DNA of 64,000 nucleotides from Deltaproteobacteria bacterium (GTDB lineage Bacteria; Desulfobacterota; Desulfuromonadia; Geobacterales; JAJYBI01): NCBI GenBank assembly GCA_021779095.1, contig JAJYBI010000015.1, positions 10,344 to 74,343 of the forward strand, read 5' to 3'. Shown piece by piece: positions 47,236 to 56,418 of this stretch (position 1 is its first letter; each line of letters starts with the position of its first letter). The notes under the pieces were generated by a model. It saw only the letters and a program-made list of their open reading frames with translations, ran no database searches and was not told where the DNA came from. The position numbers and the translations under genes were made by a program.

Positions 47236-47331
47236 GCGCTCGATCGCAACTCCTGCCGGTTGCGCGAACTTCTGCGACCTGCTATGATCGCACCCCGGTG
47301 CGCAGCGCCCCGTCATCAGATGGAGGAACCC

Positions 47332-48267
47332 ATGCCGTTATCCGCCGTACGGAAACCGTTTTCCCTCCCCGCCAGTGTCGGCAATACCCCGCTGGTGGAG
47401 ATCTCCGCCCTGAACCCCAACCCCAAGGTGCGGATTCTGGCCAAGCTGGAAGGGAACAACCCCGGCGGCTCGGTGAAGGACCGCCCCGCCATGTACATGC
47501 TCCTGAAGGCCGAGGAGGAGGGGCACCTCTCCGGCGACCGGATCATCCTGGAGCCCACCTCCGGCAACACGGGGATCGCGCTGGCCATGATCGGCGTGTC
47601 GCGGGGGCACCGGGTGAAGCTCGTCATGCCCGCCTGCGTCAGCACGGAGCGGCGGAGCGTCCTGGAGGCGTTCGGCGCCGAGCTGGTGCTGTCCCCCGCC
47701 GAGGAGGCCACCGACGGCGCCATCCGGCTCGCCCACCAGATCCTCGCCGGGGAGCCGGACCGCTACTACATGCCCAACCAGTACGCGAACCCCAACAACG
47801 TGCTCGCCCACTACGAGACCACCGGACCGGAGATCCTCCGGCAGACCGGCGGCGAGGTGGACGTGTTCGTGGCGGGGATGGGAACGGGGGGGACCCTCAT
47901 GGGGACCGGCCGGTTTCTGCACGAGAAAAGTCCCGGGACGCGGGTCATCGGCGTCGAGCCGCGGCTGGGGCACCGGGTGCAGGGGCTGAAGAACATGCGG
48001 GAGGCGATCGTCCCGGAGATCTTCCGCGAGGAAGAGCTGGACGGGAAACTCACCGTGGAGGACGAGGACGCCTTCGAGACCGCGCGACTCCTCGCACTGA
48101 AGGAGGGTCTCTTCGTGGGGATGTCCAGCGGCGCGGCGGTCTTCGGCGCCCTGCAGGTGGCGCGGGAGATGGAACGCGGCACCATCGTCGTCATCCTCCC
48201 CGACCGGGGCGACCGGTACCTGAGCACCAACCTGTTCCGCTCCATGTGCGGCTGCTGTCCGCCGTGA
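47332..48267 (+). CDS. cysM: Cysteine synthase (PLP-dependent, CysM-like)
   Basis: GNTPLV, KLEGNNPGGSVKDR, EPTSGNTGI, GMGTGGT, GMSSGA, PDRGDRYLS; C-terminal CGCCPP. Confidence 0.88.
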   Translation: MPLSAVRKPFSLPASVGNTPLVEISALNPNPKVRILAKLEGNNPGGSVKDRPAMYMLLKAEEEGHLSGDRIILEPTSGNTGIALAMIGVSRGHRVKLVMPACVSTERRSVLEAFGAELVLSPAEEATDGAIRLAHQILAGEPDRYYMPNQYANPNNVLAHYETTGPEILRQTGGEVDVFVAGMGTGGTLMGTGRFLHEKSPGTRVIGVEPRLGHRVQGLKNMREAIVPEIFREEELDGKLTVEDEDAFETARLLALKEGLFVGMSSGAAVFGALQVAREMERGTIVVILPDRGDRYLSTNLFRSMCGCCPP

Positions 48268-48278
48268 CGTATCGCACC

Positions 48279-48746
48279 ATGTCCCGTCCCGTCGTCTATC
48301 TCGCCTCCCCCTTGGGTTTCAGTCCCGAGCTCTTCCCCTACCGGGAGCGTGTCCGGGCGCGCCTGTGTGATCTCGGCTGCACCATCCTGGACCCGTGGGA
48401 GCAGGACCAGCATGCGACCGAGCTTTCGGCGGCGCTCCGGCTGGCGGATTACAACGAGCGGGTCGCCGCCCTGGCATCGGTCGCCGCGGGGATCGGCCGC
48501 CTGAACGAGGAACTGATCCGGCAAAGCGACGTCGTCCTCGGTGTCCTGGACGGTATGGAGCCGGATTCGGGGACCGCCAGCGAGATCGGCTTCGCCGCCG
48601 GCCTCGGCAAACGCTGCTACGGCCTGCGCACCGACCTCAGGGACTGCGGCGACTTTACCGGCCTGCCGGTGAACCTGCAGCTCCTCCATTTTATCGAAGG
48701 GAGCGGCGGACAAATCTTCCGGAGCATCGGGGAGATCGCGTTGTGA
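48279..48746 (+). CDS. Nucleoside 2-deoxyribosyltransferase-family protein
   Basis: VYLASPLGFS, NEELIRQSD, DSGTASEIGFA, GLRTD, NLQL. Confidence 0.85.
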   Translation: MSRPVVYLASPLGFSPELFPYRERVRARLCDLGCTILDPWEQDQHATELSAALRLADYNERVAALASVAAGIGRLNEELIRQSDVVLGVLDGMEPDSGTASEIGFAAGLGKRCYGLRTDLRDCGDFTGLPVNLQLLHFIEGSGGQIFRSIGEIAL

Positions 48747-48783
48747 AACAGCTGCGGCGGCAGATCTGATCGAGGATATTCAC

Positions 48784-49536
48784 ATGGATACCGTATTCGA
48801 AAAACAGATGGAGGTCCGCACCTTCGAGACGGACTGGACCGGCCGGATCCGCATCCCGGTACTGCTCGGTTACCTGCAGGAGACGGCGGTGGGGCACGCC
48901 ATCCAGCGCGGCATATCGGTAACGGACATGCGCAGGCTGAACCTGTTCTGGGTGGTCTCCCGCGTTCATCTCTGTATGGAACGGTATGCGCGGTACGGGG
49001 ATGTCGTCACCGTGCGCAGCTGGTCATCCACCCGGCAGGAGATCTTCACCTGCCGCGAGTTCGAGATGGTGGATAAAACCGGAGCGGTAATGGCGCGGGC
49101 CACCAGTTCCTGGGCGCTTCTGAGCCTGGAGACGCGCCGGCCGGTGCCGCTGGAGGGGAACCTGCCGGCGTTTCCCATCGATCCGCGCCGCGCCGTGGCG
49201 GACGACTTCGCCTCCCTTCCCGAACTGGCGGAAGGTGATATCTCCCGCCGGTTCGACGTGCTGCGCCGCGACCTGGACGTGAACGGCCACGTGAACAACG
49301 CGGTCTACGCGGAGTGGGTGCTGGAAGCGGTGCCGTGGGAGCTTGCCAAAGGTGCCCGGGTGGCGGAGCTGGAGATCGGCTTCCGTGCCGAGTCACACTA
49401 TGGCGAGCAGGTCGTTGCCCTGTGCAGCGGCGGTGCGGATGATACCTTCATCCACCAGGTGCGCGGCGGTGCCGACGATCGGGAACTGGCGCGGCTGCGC
49501 ACCCGCTGGCTCCCGCTGGATGCCTTCGGTGGCTGA
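48784..49536 (+). CDS. Acyl-ACP thioesterase
   Basis: LQETAVGHA, WVVSR, DLDVNGHVNN double hotdog motifs. Confidence 0.92.
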   Translation: MDTVFEKQMEVRTFETDWTGRIRIPVLLGYLQETAVGHAIQRGISVTDMRRLNLFWVVSRVHLCMERYARYGDVVTVRSWSSTRQEIFTCREFEMVDKTGAVMARATSSWALLSLETRRPVPLEGNLPAFPIDPRRAVADDFASLPELAEGDISRRFDVLRRDLDVNGHVNNAVYAEWVLEAVPWELAKGARVAELEIGFRAESHYGEQVVALCSGGADDTFIHQVRGGADDRELARLRTRWLPLDAFGG

Positions 49537-49614
49537 TCCCTGTCCCTTTGAACCGCACCGCATCCCCGTGGTACACTGGAGTCGGAAGGAGAGAAACGGA
49601 GGAGGTGCAGAACG

Positions 49615-49791
49615 ATGGCACGGTTCTACGACCCGAAGGACGAGCGTGACCTGGCGCGGGTGGAGGCGATCCTGCGGCAGGGGGGGATCGAGTATGCAGT
49701 CCGGCGTGCCGGCGACCGGAACCGGGCGTTCCGCGAGATACAGGTGGCCGAGGAAGACCTGCCCCGTGCCGAGGAGCTGCTGGTACGGTGA
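49615..49791 (+). CDS. DUF2007-like small protein (58 aa; below the ORF-track cutoff)
   Basis: GGAGGAGG RBS; MARFYDPKDERDLARVEAILRQGGIEY...EIQVAEEDLPRAEELL. Confidence 0.8.
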   Translation: MARFYDPKDERDLARVEAILRQGGIEYAVRRAGDRNRAFREIQVAEEDLPRAEELLVR

Positions 49792-49866
49792 TCTCCGCGG
49801 GAACGACATTGCCGGCGGTTGCTGCCCACGACGCGCATCATGGCGCCAGGCGGAAATGATCCTTTT

Positions 49867-50862
49867 ATGAGCATACCGATTGCGACGAGTATCGCACCGT
49901 ACAACATCGAAATCCAGCAACGGGCCGTCGCAAGCTGGGAGAAACTCGGATTTTCTGTCATATCGGTGAATGCGGAAGACGAGATCGCGGTCGTGCGGGA
50001 CGCCTTTCCGACGGTCCGGTTCGTCGCCGTAGCGCGCAACGCCTCGCGGAAAAACAGGGCGTACGTCTGCTTCGACGATATCCTGGCGGCCCTCCTGGAA
50101 ACGGGGTCCCGGGTCTTCGGAATTGTGAATTCCGACGTGTTTCTCGTGGCGGACGACGACTTCGGGGCATTCATCGGCAGGGAAGCTGCCGAATCAGTGG
50201 TATTCGGATCACGGGTGGACCTGGACGCTTTGGATTCCCCCGAAGGCGACCTGTTCGTGGTCGGCTTCGATTACTTTTTCTTCAACCGGCAGGCCGCCGG
50301 CTTTTTCCCGCAGACGGAGTTCTGTCTGGGGATTCCATGGTGGGACTACTGGGTGCCCATCGTACCTCTGATGAAGGGATACCCCGTCAGGCAGTTGTTG
50401 ACACCGGTTGCGTTTCACCTCCGCCATCCATCCCGGTATCAGTACCGCTACTACATCTCCTATGCGGACAAGATGTACGGGTATCTGGTCCGTCAGAGCG
50501 CAATAGCCGGTTCCGACAGCGAGTTGGTTCATATCCTGGGCGAATTCGGGAAGCGGCCCAACAGTTCATCGCTGGCATTTACCCTGCTCGGGTATATAGT
50601 TCGGAAGGCCGACAAGCTGATATATCGCAACGTTGAGAAGGATGCAGCCTCGCAGGAGATCAGTTTTGAAGAGTATATTTCGATGAAGTACGAGCTTGAC
50701 TACTATCGAAGGTATGTCGTCGTACTGCATAAATACTATGCCGAAATTATACGGCGCATCCTGGCCAGCCGAACATGGCGCATTGCTGCGCCATTGCGCT
50801 GGGTGCGCAACAAGCTCATGCGGTGGCCAGTGCCGATGACATCGATCGAGAGGCATGCATGA
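49867..50862 (+). CDS. Putative GT-A-like glycosyltransferase/polysaccharide modification protein
   Basis: GIVNSDV, GSRVD, GFDYFFF, LGIPWWDYW; C-terminal SRTWRIAAPLR motif; more AT-rich. Confidence 0.6.
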   Translation: MSIPIATSIAPYNIEIQQRAVASWEKLGFSVISVNAEDEIAVVRDAFPTVRFVAVARNASRKNRAYVCFDDILAALLETGSRVFGIVNSDVFLVADDDFGAFIGREAAESVVFGSRVDLDALDSPEGDLFVVGFDYFFFNRQAAGFFPQTEFCLGIPWWDYWVPIVPLMKGYPVRQLLTPVAFHLRHPSRYQYRYYISYADKMYGYLVRQSAIAGSDSELVHILGEFGKRPNSSSLAFTLLGYIVRKADKLIYRNVEKDAASQEISFEEYISMKYELDYYRRYVVVLHKYYAEIIRRILASRTWRIAAPLRWVRNKLMRWPVPMTSIERHA

Positions 50863-51296
50863 ATTCCCTGTTCCTGATGGCGCTGATGTTCTGCGGAGGG
50901 GTTGCCATCGCCCTGCAGCCTTCCATCAACGCGCGGCTGGCGCAGAAGATCGGGGTGGTGGAGAGCGCCTGCGTCTCCTTCGCCGCGGGGACGCTGGTCC
51001 TGCTCCTCATCGTGCTCTGCACGGGACGCGGCGGGCTGCGTCACCTCGGGAACGCCCCGTGGTGGGAGATGACCGGCGGTCTCTTGGGGGCCTTCTTCGT
51101 CACCATGACCATTATCGTCGTGCCGCGGATCGGCACCGCGTCGGCCGTGGCCTCCATCATCACGGCCCAGCTGGTCACCGGCATCGTCCTCGACCATTAC
51201 GGCCTGTTCGGCCTGAAGGAAGCACAGTTCGACCTGAAGCGGGGGCTCGGCGTGCTCCTGCTCCTTGCGGGCGCGGCGCTGATTTACCGCCGCTGA
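50859..51296 (+). CDS. DMT-family transporter (YdcZ/DUF606-like)
   Basis: ALQPSINARL, PWWEMTGGLLG, PRIG, AQLVTGIVLDHYGLFG. Confidence 0.9.
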   Translation: MNSLFLMALMFCGGVAIALQPSINARLAQKIGVVESACVSFAAGTLVLLLIVLCTGRGGLRHLGNAPWWEMTGGLLGAFFVTMTIIVVPRIGTASAVASIITAQLVTGIVLDHYGLFGLKEAQFDLKRGLGVLLLLAGAALIYRR

Positions 51297-51315
51297 GGAC
51301 CCTGCGGAGGTTACC

Positions 51316-52287
51316 ATGAACGGCAACCCCATCCCATTCGAAGAGCTGCTCAGGACCAACCGTGTCATCCTCGGCGAGGGGGCGGTCATCGAGCGGCTGC
51401 GCCGCGACGGTACAGCACTTGACCCCCAGGTGGTCAACTCCGCCCTCATCTACGACGAGAGGGGGCGGGCCGCCCTGGGCCGCATCTGCCGCCAGTACCT
51501 GGAGATCGGCCGGGAGTACGACCTGCCGCTGCTGCTCTCCACCCCCACCTGGCGGGCGAGCCGCGACCGGATCGCCGCCGCGGGGCTTTCCGGCCGCGAC
51601 CTGAACGGCGACAACTTCCGGTTCCTCGACAACGTGCGGCGGGAGTACGGCGACTACGGGCGCAGGGTCGCCATCTGCGGGCTTTTGAGCTGCCGCGGCG
51701 ACGCCTACCGGCCGCAAGAAGCGCTGCCCGCCGACGAGGCGTGCGCCTACCACGCCTGGCAGGCGGACATGCTTGCCCGCGCCGGGGTCGATTTTCTGCT
51801 CGCGTCCACCCTGCCGGCGTTGAGCGAGGCGACCGGGCTCGCCCGGGCGCTGGCGGCCACCGGCCTGCCGTACCTCATCAGCTTCGTCGTCCGCCCCGAG
51901 GGGACGCTCCTGGACGGCACGCCGCTACGTGATGCGGTCGCCGCCATCGATGCCGCCGCCACGCCCCGGCCGCTCGCCTACATGGTCAACTGCACCCACG
52001 CCTCGTTCTTCCGCGCCGCGATCATGCACGAGGCCGGTTCGTCGGCCGCCGTCCGGGAACGGGTCGTGGGGCTCCTGGCCAATACGGCGGCCCTCTCCCC
52101 CGAAGAGCTGGACAACAGTGCTGCGCTGGTGGAGGAGGAACCGGCGCGGTTCGGCCGCGAACTGGCCGCGCTGCAGTTCGAGCTGGGGCTGAAGATCGTC
52201 GGGGGGTGCTGCGGTACGGACGACCGGCATATCCGCTGCCTGGCACGGGAACTGGCCGGAAGGGGAGGGTGCGATGAAAAAGGGTAA
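51316..52287 (+). CDS. Homocysteine S-methyltransferase-family protein
   Basis: TPTWRAS, VNCTH and VGGCCGT zinc-ligand motif. Confidence 0.88.
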   Translation: MNGNPIPFEELLRTNRVILGEGAVIERLRRDGTALDPQVVNSALIYDERGRAALGRICRQYLEIGREYDLPLLLSTPTWRASRDRIAAAGLSGRDLNGDNFRFLDNVRREYGDYGRRVAICGLLSCRGDAYRPQEALPADEACAYHAWQADMLARAGVDFLLASTLPALSEATGLARALAATGLPYLISFVVRPEGTLLDGTPLRDAVAAIDAAATPRPLAYMVNCTHASFFRAAIMHEAGSSAAVRERVVGLLANTAALSPEELDNSAALVEEEPARFGRELAALQFELGLKIVGGCCGTDDRHIRCLARELAGRGGCDEKG

Positions 52288-52639
52288 TGAGGCCGGAAGC
52301 CGGCTCGTCTGGTCGTCGGAGAACGGCCGGCACTGTCCCGGCTGCGGCAGTCCCGTTGCCGCCTGTCGCTGCCGGGAACTGCAGGAACGTCCGGCGGGGG
52401 ACGGTATCGTCCGGGTACGACGCGAGACGAAGGGGCGGGGGGGCAAGACCGTTACCGTCGTGACGGGGATACCGCTTGCCGACGATCAGCTGAAGACCCT
52501 GGCCGGCGAGCTGAAGCGGCGCTGCGGCAGTGGCGGTACCCTGAAGGACGGCGTCGTGGAGATCCAGGGGGACCATGCGGAGCTCCTGGTGGCAGAGCTC
52601 GCGAAGCGCGGCTACCGGGTCAAACGCGCGGGCGGGTAG
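52274..52639 (+). CDS. yciH: Translation initiation factor SUI1-family protein
   Basis: RETKGRGGKTVT, LKRRCGSGGTLKDG, IQGDH; N-terminal CPGC..CRC. Confidence 0.92.
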   Translation: MKKGNEAGSRLVWSSENGRHCPGCGSPVAACRCRELQERPAGDGIVRVRRETKGRGGKTVTVVTGIPLADDQLKTLAGELKRRCGSGGTLKDGVVEIQGDHAELLVAELAKRGYRVKRAGG

Positions 52640-52652
52640 GGGGGGACGGTCG

Positions 52653-53285
52653 ATGAAAACTCTGCGTACGGCTATGCTAGCGGTTGCGGTCGTTGCTTTT
52701 CTGGTGATGCCCGCATTTGCAGCCGGCGGCGAACCGGTGCATGCATTGGTGGCGGAGATCAACCGCGCCCGCACCGATCCCGCAGGGTATGCGAGGCATC
52801 TCCGTCAGTTCCGCACCAAGTTCCGTGGGACGCTGTTCCGGTTGCCGGAGTCGGACAGCTACATGCGGACCCAGGAGGGGGTGCGGGCCGTGGACGAGGC
52901 GATTCGCGCTCTGCTCCGTCAGCGCCCCCTGCCGCCGCTCGCCTGGTCCGACGGCCTGGCCGTGGCGGCGCAGGAGCTGGTGGACGAGCAGGGTGAGACC
53001 GGCCGAACGGGGCATGAAATCGGCAGCCGCTTCGAGCTGCGTCGACGGGTGGAGCGGCACGGCGCCTGGTCCGGCGAGATCGGCGAGGCGATCTACTACG
53101 GTCCGCGGGAGCCGCGCCTGGTGGTCATGCAGCTCCTCATCGACGACGGGGTGCGGGGCCGGGGACACCGCAAAGCACTCCTCAACCCCGCCTTCCGGCA
53201 GGCCGGTGCCGCCTGCGGTCCCCATCCCCGCTACGGCGACAGCTGCACCGTGGATTTCGCCGCGATGTTCAGGGATACCGACTGA
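52653..53285 (+). CDS. CAP (SCP) domain secreted protein
   Basis: Signal peptide; EINRART, LLIDDGVRGRGHRKALL, CGPH. Confidence 0.85.
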   Translation: MKTLRTAMLAVAVVAFLVMPAFAAGGEPVHALVAEINRARTDPAGYARHLRQFRTKFRGTLFRLPESDSYMRTQEGVRAVDEAIRALLRQRPLPPLAWSDGLAVAAQELVDEQGETGRTGHEIGSRFELRRRVERHGAWSGEIGEAIYYGPREPRLVVMQLLIDDGVRGRGHRKALLNPAFRQAGAACGPHPRYGDSCTVDFAAMFRDTD

Positions 53286-53305
53286 GAGCGCCGACAGGGG
53301 ACGAT

Positions 53306-53539
53306 ATGACGGAACGGGCGGAACGGACACTGCCGGCGGGGCGGTACCGGCATTACAAGGGGAACGACTACGAGGTGATCGGTGTTGCGCACCACAGCGA
53401 GACCCGCGAGCCGCTGGTGGTCTACCGCTGCCTGTACGGCGATTTCTCCCTCTGGGTGCGGCCGCTTGCCATGTTCGTGGAGGAGGTGGAGCTGGACGGC
53501 CGGCGCCTGCCGCGCTTCGCCCCGATCGACGGCGAGTGA
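53306..53539 (+). CDS. DUF1653-domain protein
   Basis: GRYRHYKG, HSET, VVYRCLYG, WVRPLAMF, RF. Confidence 0.92.
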   Translation: MTERAERTLPAGRYRHYKGNDYEVIGVAHHSETREPLVVYRCLYGDFSLWVRPLAMFVEEVELDGRRLPRFAPIDGE

Positions 53540-53606
53540 TCCCCTCTTCTGTTCGCCGGATGCGGCCACGCCGGCATATTTCCATTTCCATTCGCGAGGT
53601 CCCCTG

Positions 53607-54194
53607 ATGCTCCTCTGGAAAATCTTCGTTCTCTATGCCCGGGTCGCCCTCTTCTCCTGGGGGGGCGGGCCCGCCTCCCTGGCGCTCATGCAGCGCGAGA
53701 CCACCACGGCGCTCTGGATACCTCCCGGTATGTCGGCGCCGGTCCCCTGGCTGTCCCCCTCCGAGTTCGCCGACGCGGTGGCGCTGGGGAACTCCCTTCC
53801 CGGCCCCATCGCCCCCCAGGTCTCGGCCTATGCGGGGTACAAGCTGGCCGGCCTGCCCGGCGCCGTGGCCGCCGCCGCGGGGACGGTCCTCCCCACGACG
53901 CTTCTCATGCTGGTGATGATGGTGTACCTCTTCAGGATCAAGGACAGCCTCGTCGTCTCGTCCATGCTGCGGGCGGTGCGGCCGGTGGTGGTGGGGATGC
54001 TCCTCTGGACCGCCTACGACATGGGCTATGCCGTCTTCGCCGTGGGGCGGCACGGCTGGGGCGGGGCGGTGACCATCGGCTGGGACAAGCTTCTCTTCGC
54101 CCTCTCCGCCTTCTGCCTGCTCACCTTCACCGAGATCAACCCGGTCTTCATCGTCATCGGCGCCTCCCTGGCGGGGCTGGTCGTCTACCGGTGA
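53607..54194 (+). CDS. Short-chain chromate transporter (ChrA-like monodomain)
   Basis: [30 protein letters not shown] motifs; 195 aa. Confidence 0.88.
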   Translation: MLLWKIFVLYARVALFSWGGGPASLALMQRETTTALWIPPGMSAPVPWLSPSEFADAVALGNSLPGPIAPQVSAYAGYKLAGLPGAVAAAAGTVLPTTLLMLVMMVYLFRIKDSLVVSSMLRAVRPVVVGMLLWTAYDMGYAVFAVGRHGWGGAVTIGWDKLLFALSAFCLLTFTEINPVFIVIGASLAGLVVYR

Positions 54195-54205
54195 GCCGGC
54201 CGGAC

Positions 54206-54679
54206 ATGAATAGGAGCGATGCGTCGATAATCATCTGGATCGACGCGGACGCCTGTCCCCGGGTCATCAAGGAGATCGTCTTCCGGGCGTCGGCACGGCT
54301 GCGGCTGCCGGTCCGGCTCGTTGCGAACACGGACCTTTCCCGTTCGCGTACGGAGCTGGTCGATACGGTGCAGGTGGCCGAGGGGCCCGACGCCGCCGAC
54401 GACTACATCGCCACCCACGCCTCCCCCCGCGACCTGGTGATCACCGCCGACATCCCGCTGGCGGCACGGATCGTCGCCGGGGGAGGAGTCGCCCTCGACC
54501 CGCGGGGGGACCTGTACACCGAGGAGAACGTGGGGGAGAGGCTCTCCCTGCGCAACCTGCTGATGGAGCTGCGTCAGGACGGGACCGTGCAGGGGGGACC
54601 GTCCTCGTTCGGCATGACCGACCGGCAGCGGTTCGCCTCCGCCCTGGACCGGCTCCTCACCCGGATGGTGCGACCATGA
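54206..54679 (+). CDS. YaiI/YqxD (UPF0178) protein
   Basis: [27 protein letters not shown]. Alternative GTG start at 54191. Confidence 0.92.
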   Translation: MNRSDASIIIWIDADACPRVIKEIVFRASARLRLPVRLVANTDLSRSRTELVDTVQVAEGPDAADDYIATHASPRDLVITADIPLAARIVAGGGVALDPRGDLYTEENVGERLSLRNLLMELRQDGTVQGGPSSFGMTDRQRFASALDRLLTRMVRP

Positions 54680-56418
54680 CGGATACATCGTCGGCACCGG
54701 TCGAAGCGCCGCCGGAGGCGTCGCCGAAGCCCGAGGGCTGGCTGCGGGAGGTGACACGCCCGGTACGCCGGGAGCTGGCGGTGTCCGTTCTCTTGTCGAC
54801 CGTCGCCGGCCTCCTGGTGGTCCTGCAGGCGCGGCTCCTGGCGGCCGCCTGCCAGCGGCTCGTCATCGATCATGCCGCGCTTTCCGCGATCCTCCCCCTG
54901 GCCGGGGGGATCGCGCTTCTCGTGCCGGCGCGGGGTCTCCTCGCCTTTTTCGCCGAACGCACGTCCGTTTCGGCCGCGGCGAAGGTGAAGGTCCGGCTGC
55001 GCGGCGTTCTGTACCGGCGGCTCCACGCCCTGGGACCGGCGGGGCTCGCCGGCGAGGAGACCGGCCCGCTGGTGGAGGCGGTCACCGCCGGGGTGGAGGG
55101 GCTGGAGCCGTATATCTCCCGCTATTTTCCCCACCAGCTGCTGGCGGCGCTCCTGCCGCTCCTGGTGCTGCTGTTCGTCCTCCCGTCGGAGTGGCGCTCC
55201 GGGCTCGTGCTCCTCTTCTCCGCACCCTTCATCCCGTTTCTCATGATCCTCATCGGCCGCGGTACGGAGCGGCTCAACAGCCAGCAGTGGGGGCGTCTCT
55301 CACGCATGGCGGGGCATCTGCTGGACCTGGTGCAGGGGCTCCCCGACCTGAAGCGCTTCGGCGCCGTGCGCCGGGAGGCGGCTGCCGTGCGCCGCATCTC
55401 CGACGCGTACCGGCAGGGGACCATGGCGATCCTGCGTGTCGCCTTCCTCTCCGCCCTCACCCTGGAGTTCTTCGCCACCGTCGGGACGGCGGTGGTGGCG
55501 GTGGTGGTGGGATTCCGGCTCCTGAATCACGGCCTCTCGCTTACCGACGGCCTGTTCGTCCTGCTGCTCGCCCCCGAGTTCTACCTCCCCTTGCGCACCC
55601 TGGGGCTCTCCTACCACGCCCGGATGGAGGGGCTCGCCGCCGCCGAGCGGATCGCGCCGCTGTTGGCGCTTCCCTTGCCGGCGGGAAACGATGGGACGCT
55701 GCCGGTGCCGCCGGGGCCGCCCCTGGTGCGGTTCGAACGGGTCACCTTCCGGTACGGCGGCGAGCGGGGCGGCGTGACGGGGATAACACTGGAGCTCCCC
55801 GCGGGGAGCGTCACCGCCCTGGCGGGGGAGAGCGGCACCGGCAAGTCGACGCTCGTGCGGCTTTTGACCGGCCTCGCCCGGCCGGAAGCGGGGCGGATCA
55901 CGGTGAACGGCACCGATCTCTCACTGCTGGACCGGGAGGGGTGGCACGCCCGCCTTGCCTGGGTCCCCCAGCAGCCGTTCTTCTTCACCGGGACGATCCG
56001 GGCGAACCTGCTGCTCGGCTCCTCCGGAGCGGATGACGAGGCGATCCGCACGGCGCTTGCGGCCGCGGCGGCGGACCGGTTCGTGGAACGACAGCCGGAC
56101 GGGCTCGATACGGTACTTGGCGATCGGGGAGCGGGGCTGTCGGGGGGGGAGCTCAGGCGACTCGCCCTGGCGCGGGCGTTCCTGCGGGATGCGTCGCTCG
56201 TGGTGCTGGACGAGCCGACGGCCGGGCTTGATCCGGAGAACGAACGGCTGGTGGGTGAGGCGCTCTCGCGGCTCGCCGTCGGGCGGACGGTGCTGATCAT
56301 CAGCCACCGGGAGGAGACCGTCCGGCGCGCCCATCGCGTGGCACTGCTGGCGGGCGGCGGTCTGGACCGGATCGTGACGCCGGAGGCGTTCCTGGCGGGA
56401 ACGGGAGGTGCGGCATGA
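54676..56418 (+). CDS. cydD: Thiol reductant ABC exporter CydD
   Basis: [47 protein letters not shown]. Confidence 0.92.
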   Translation: MTDTSSAPVEAPPEASPKPEGWLREVTRPVRRELAVSVLLSTVAGLLVVLQARLLAAACQRLVIDHAALSAILPLAGGIALLVPARGLLAFFAERTSVSAAAKVKVRLRGVLYRRLHALGPAGLAGEETGPLVEAVTAGVEGLEPYISRYFPHQLLAALLPLLVLLFVLPSEWRSGLVLLFSAPFIPFLMILIGRGTERLNSQQWGRLSRMAGHLLDLVQGLPDLKRFGAVRREAAAVRRISDAYRQGTMAILRVAFLSALTLEFFATVGTAVVAVVVGFRLLNHGLSLTDGLFVLLLAPEFYLPLRTLGLSYHARMEGLAAAERIAPLLALPLPAGNDGTLPVPPGPPLVRFERVTFRYGGERGGVTGITLELPAGSVTALAGESGTGKSTLVRLLTGLARPEAGRITVNGTDLSLLDREGWHARLAWVPQQPFFFTGTIRANLLLGSSGADDEAIRTALAAAAADRFVERQPDGLDTVLGDRGAGLSGGELRRLALARAFLRDASLVVLDEPTAGLDPENERLVGEALSRLAVGRTVLIISHREETVRRAHRVALLAGGGLDRIVTPEAFLAGTGGAA

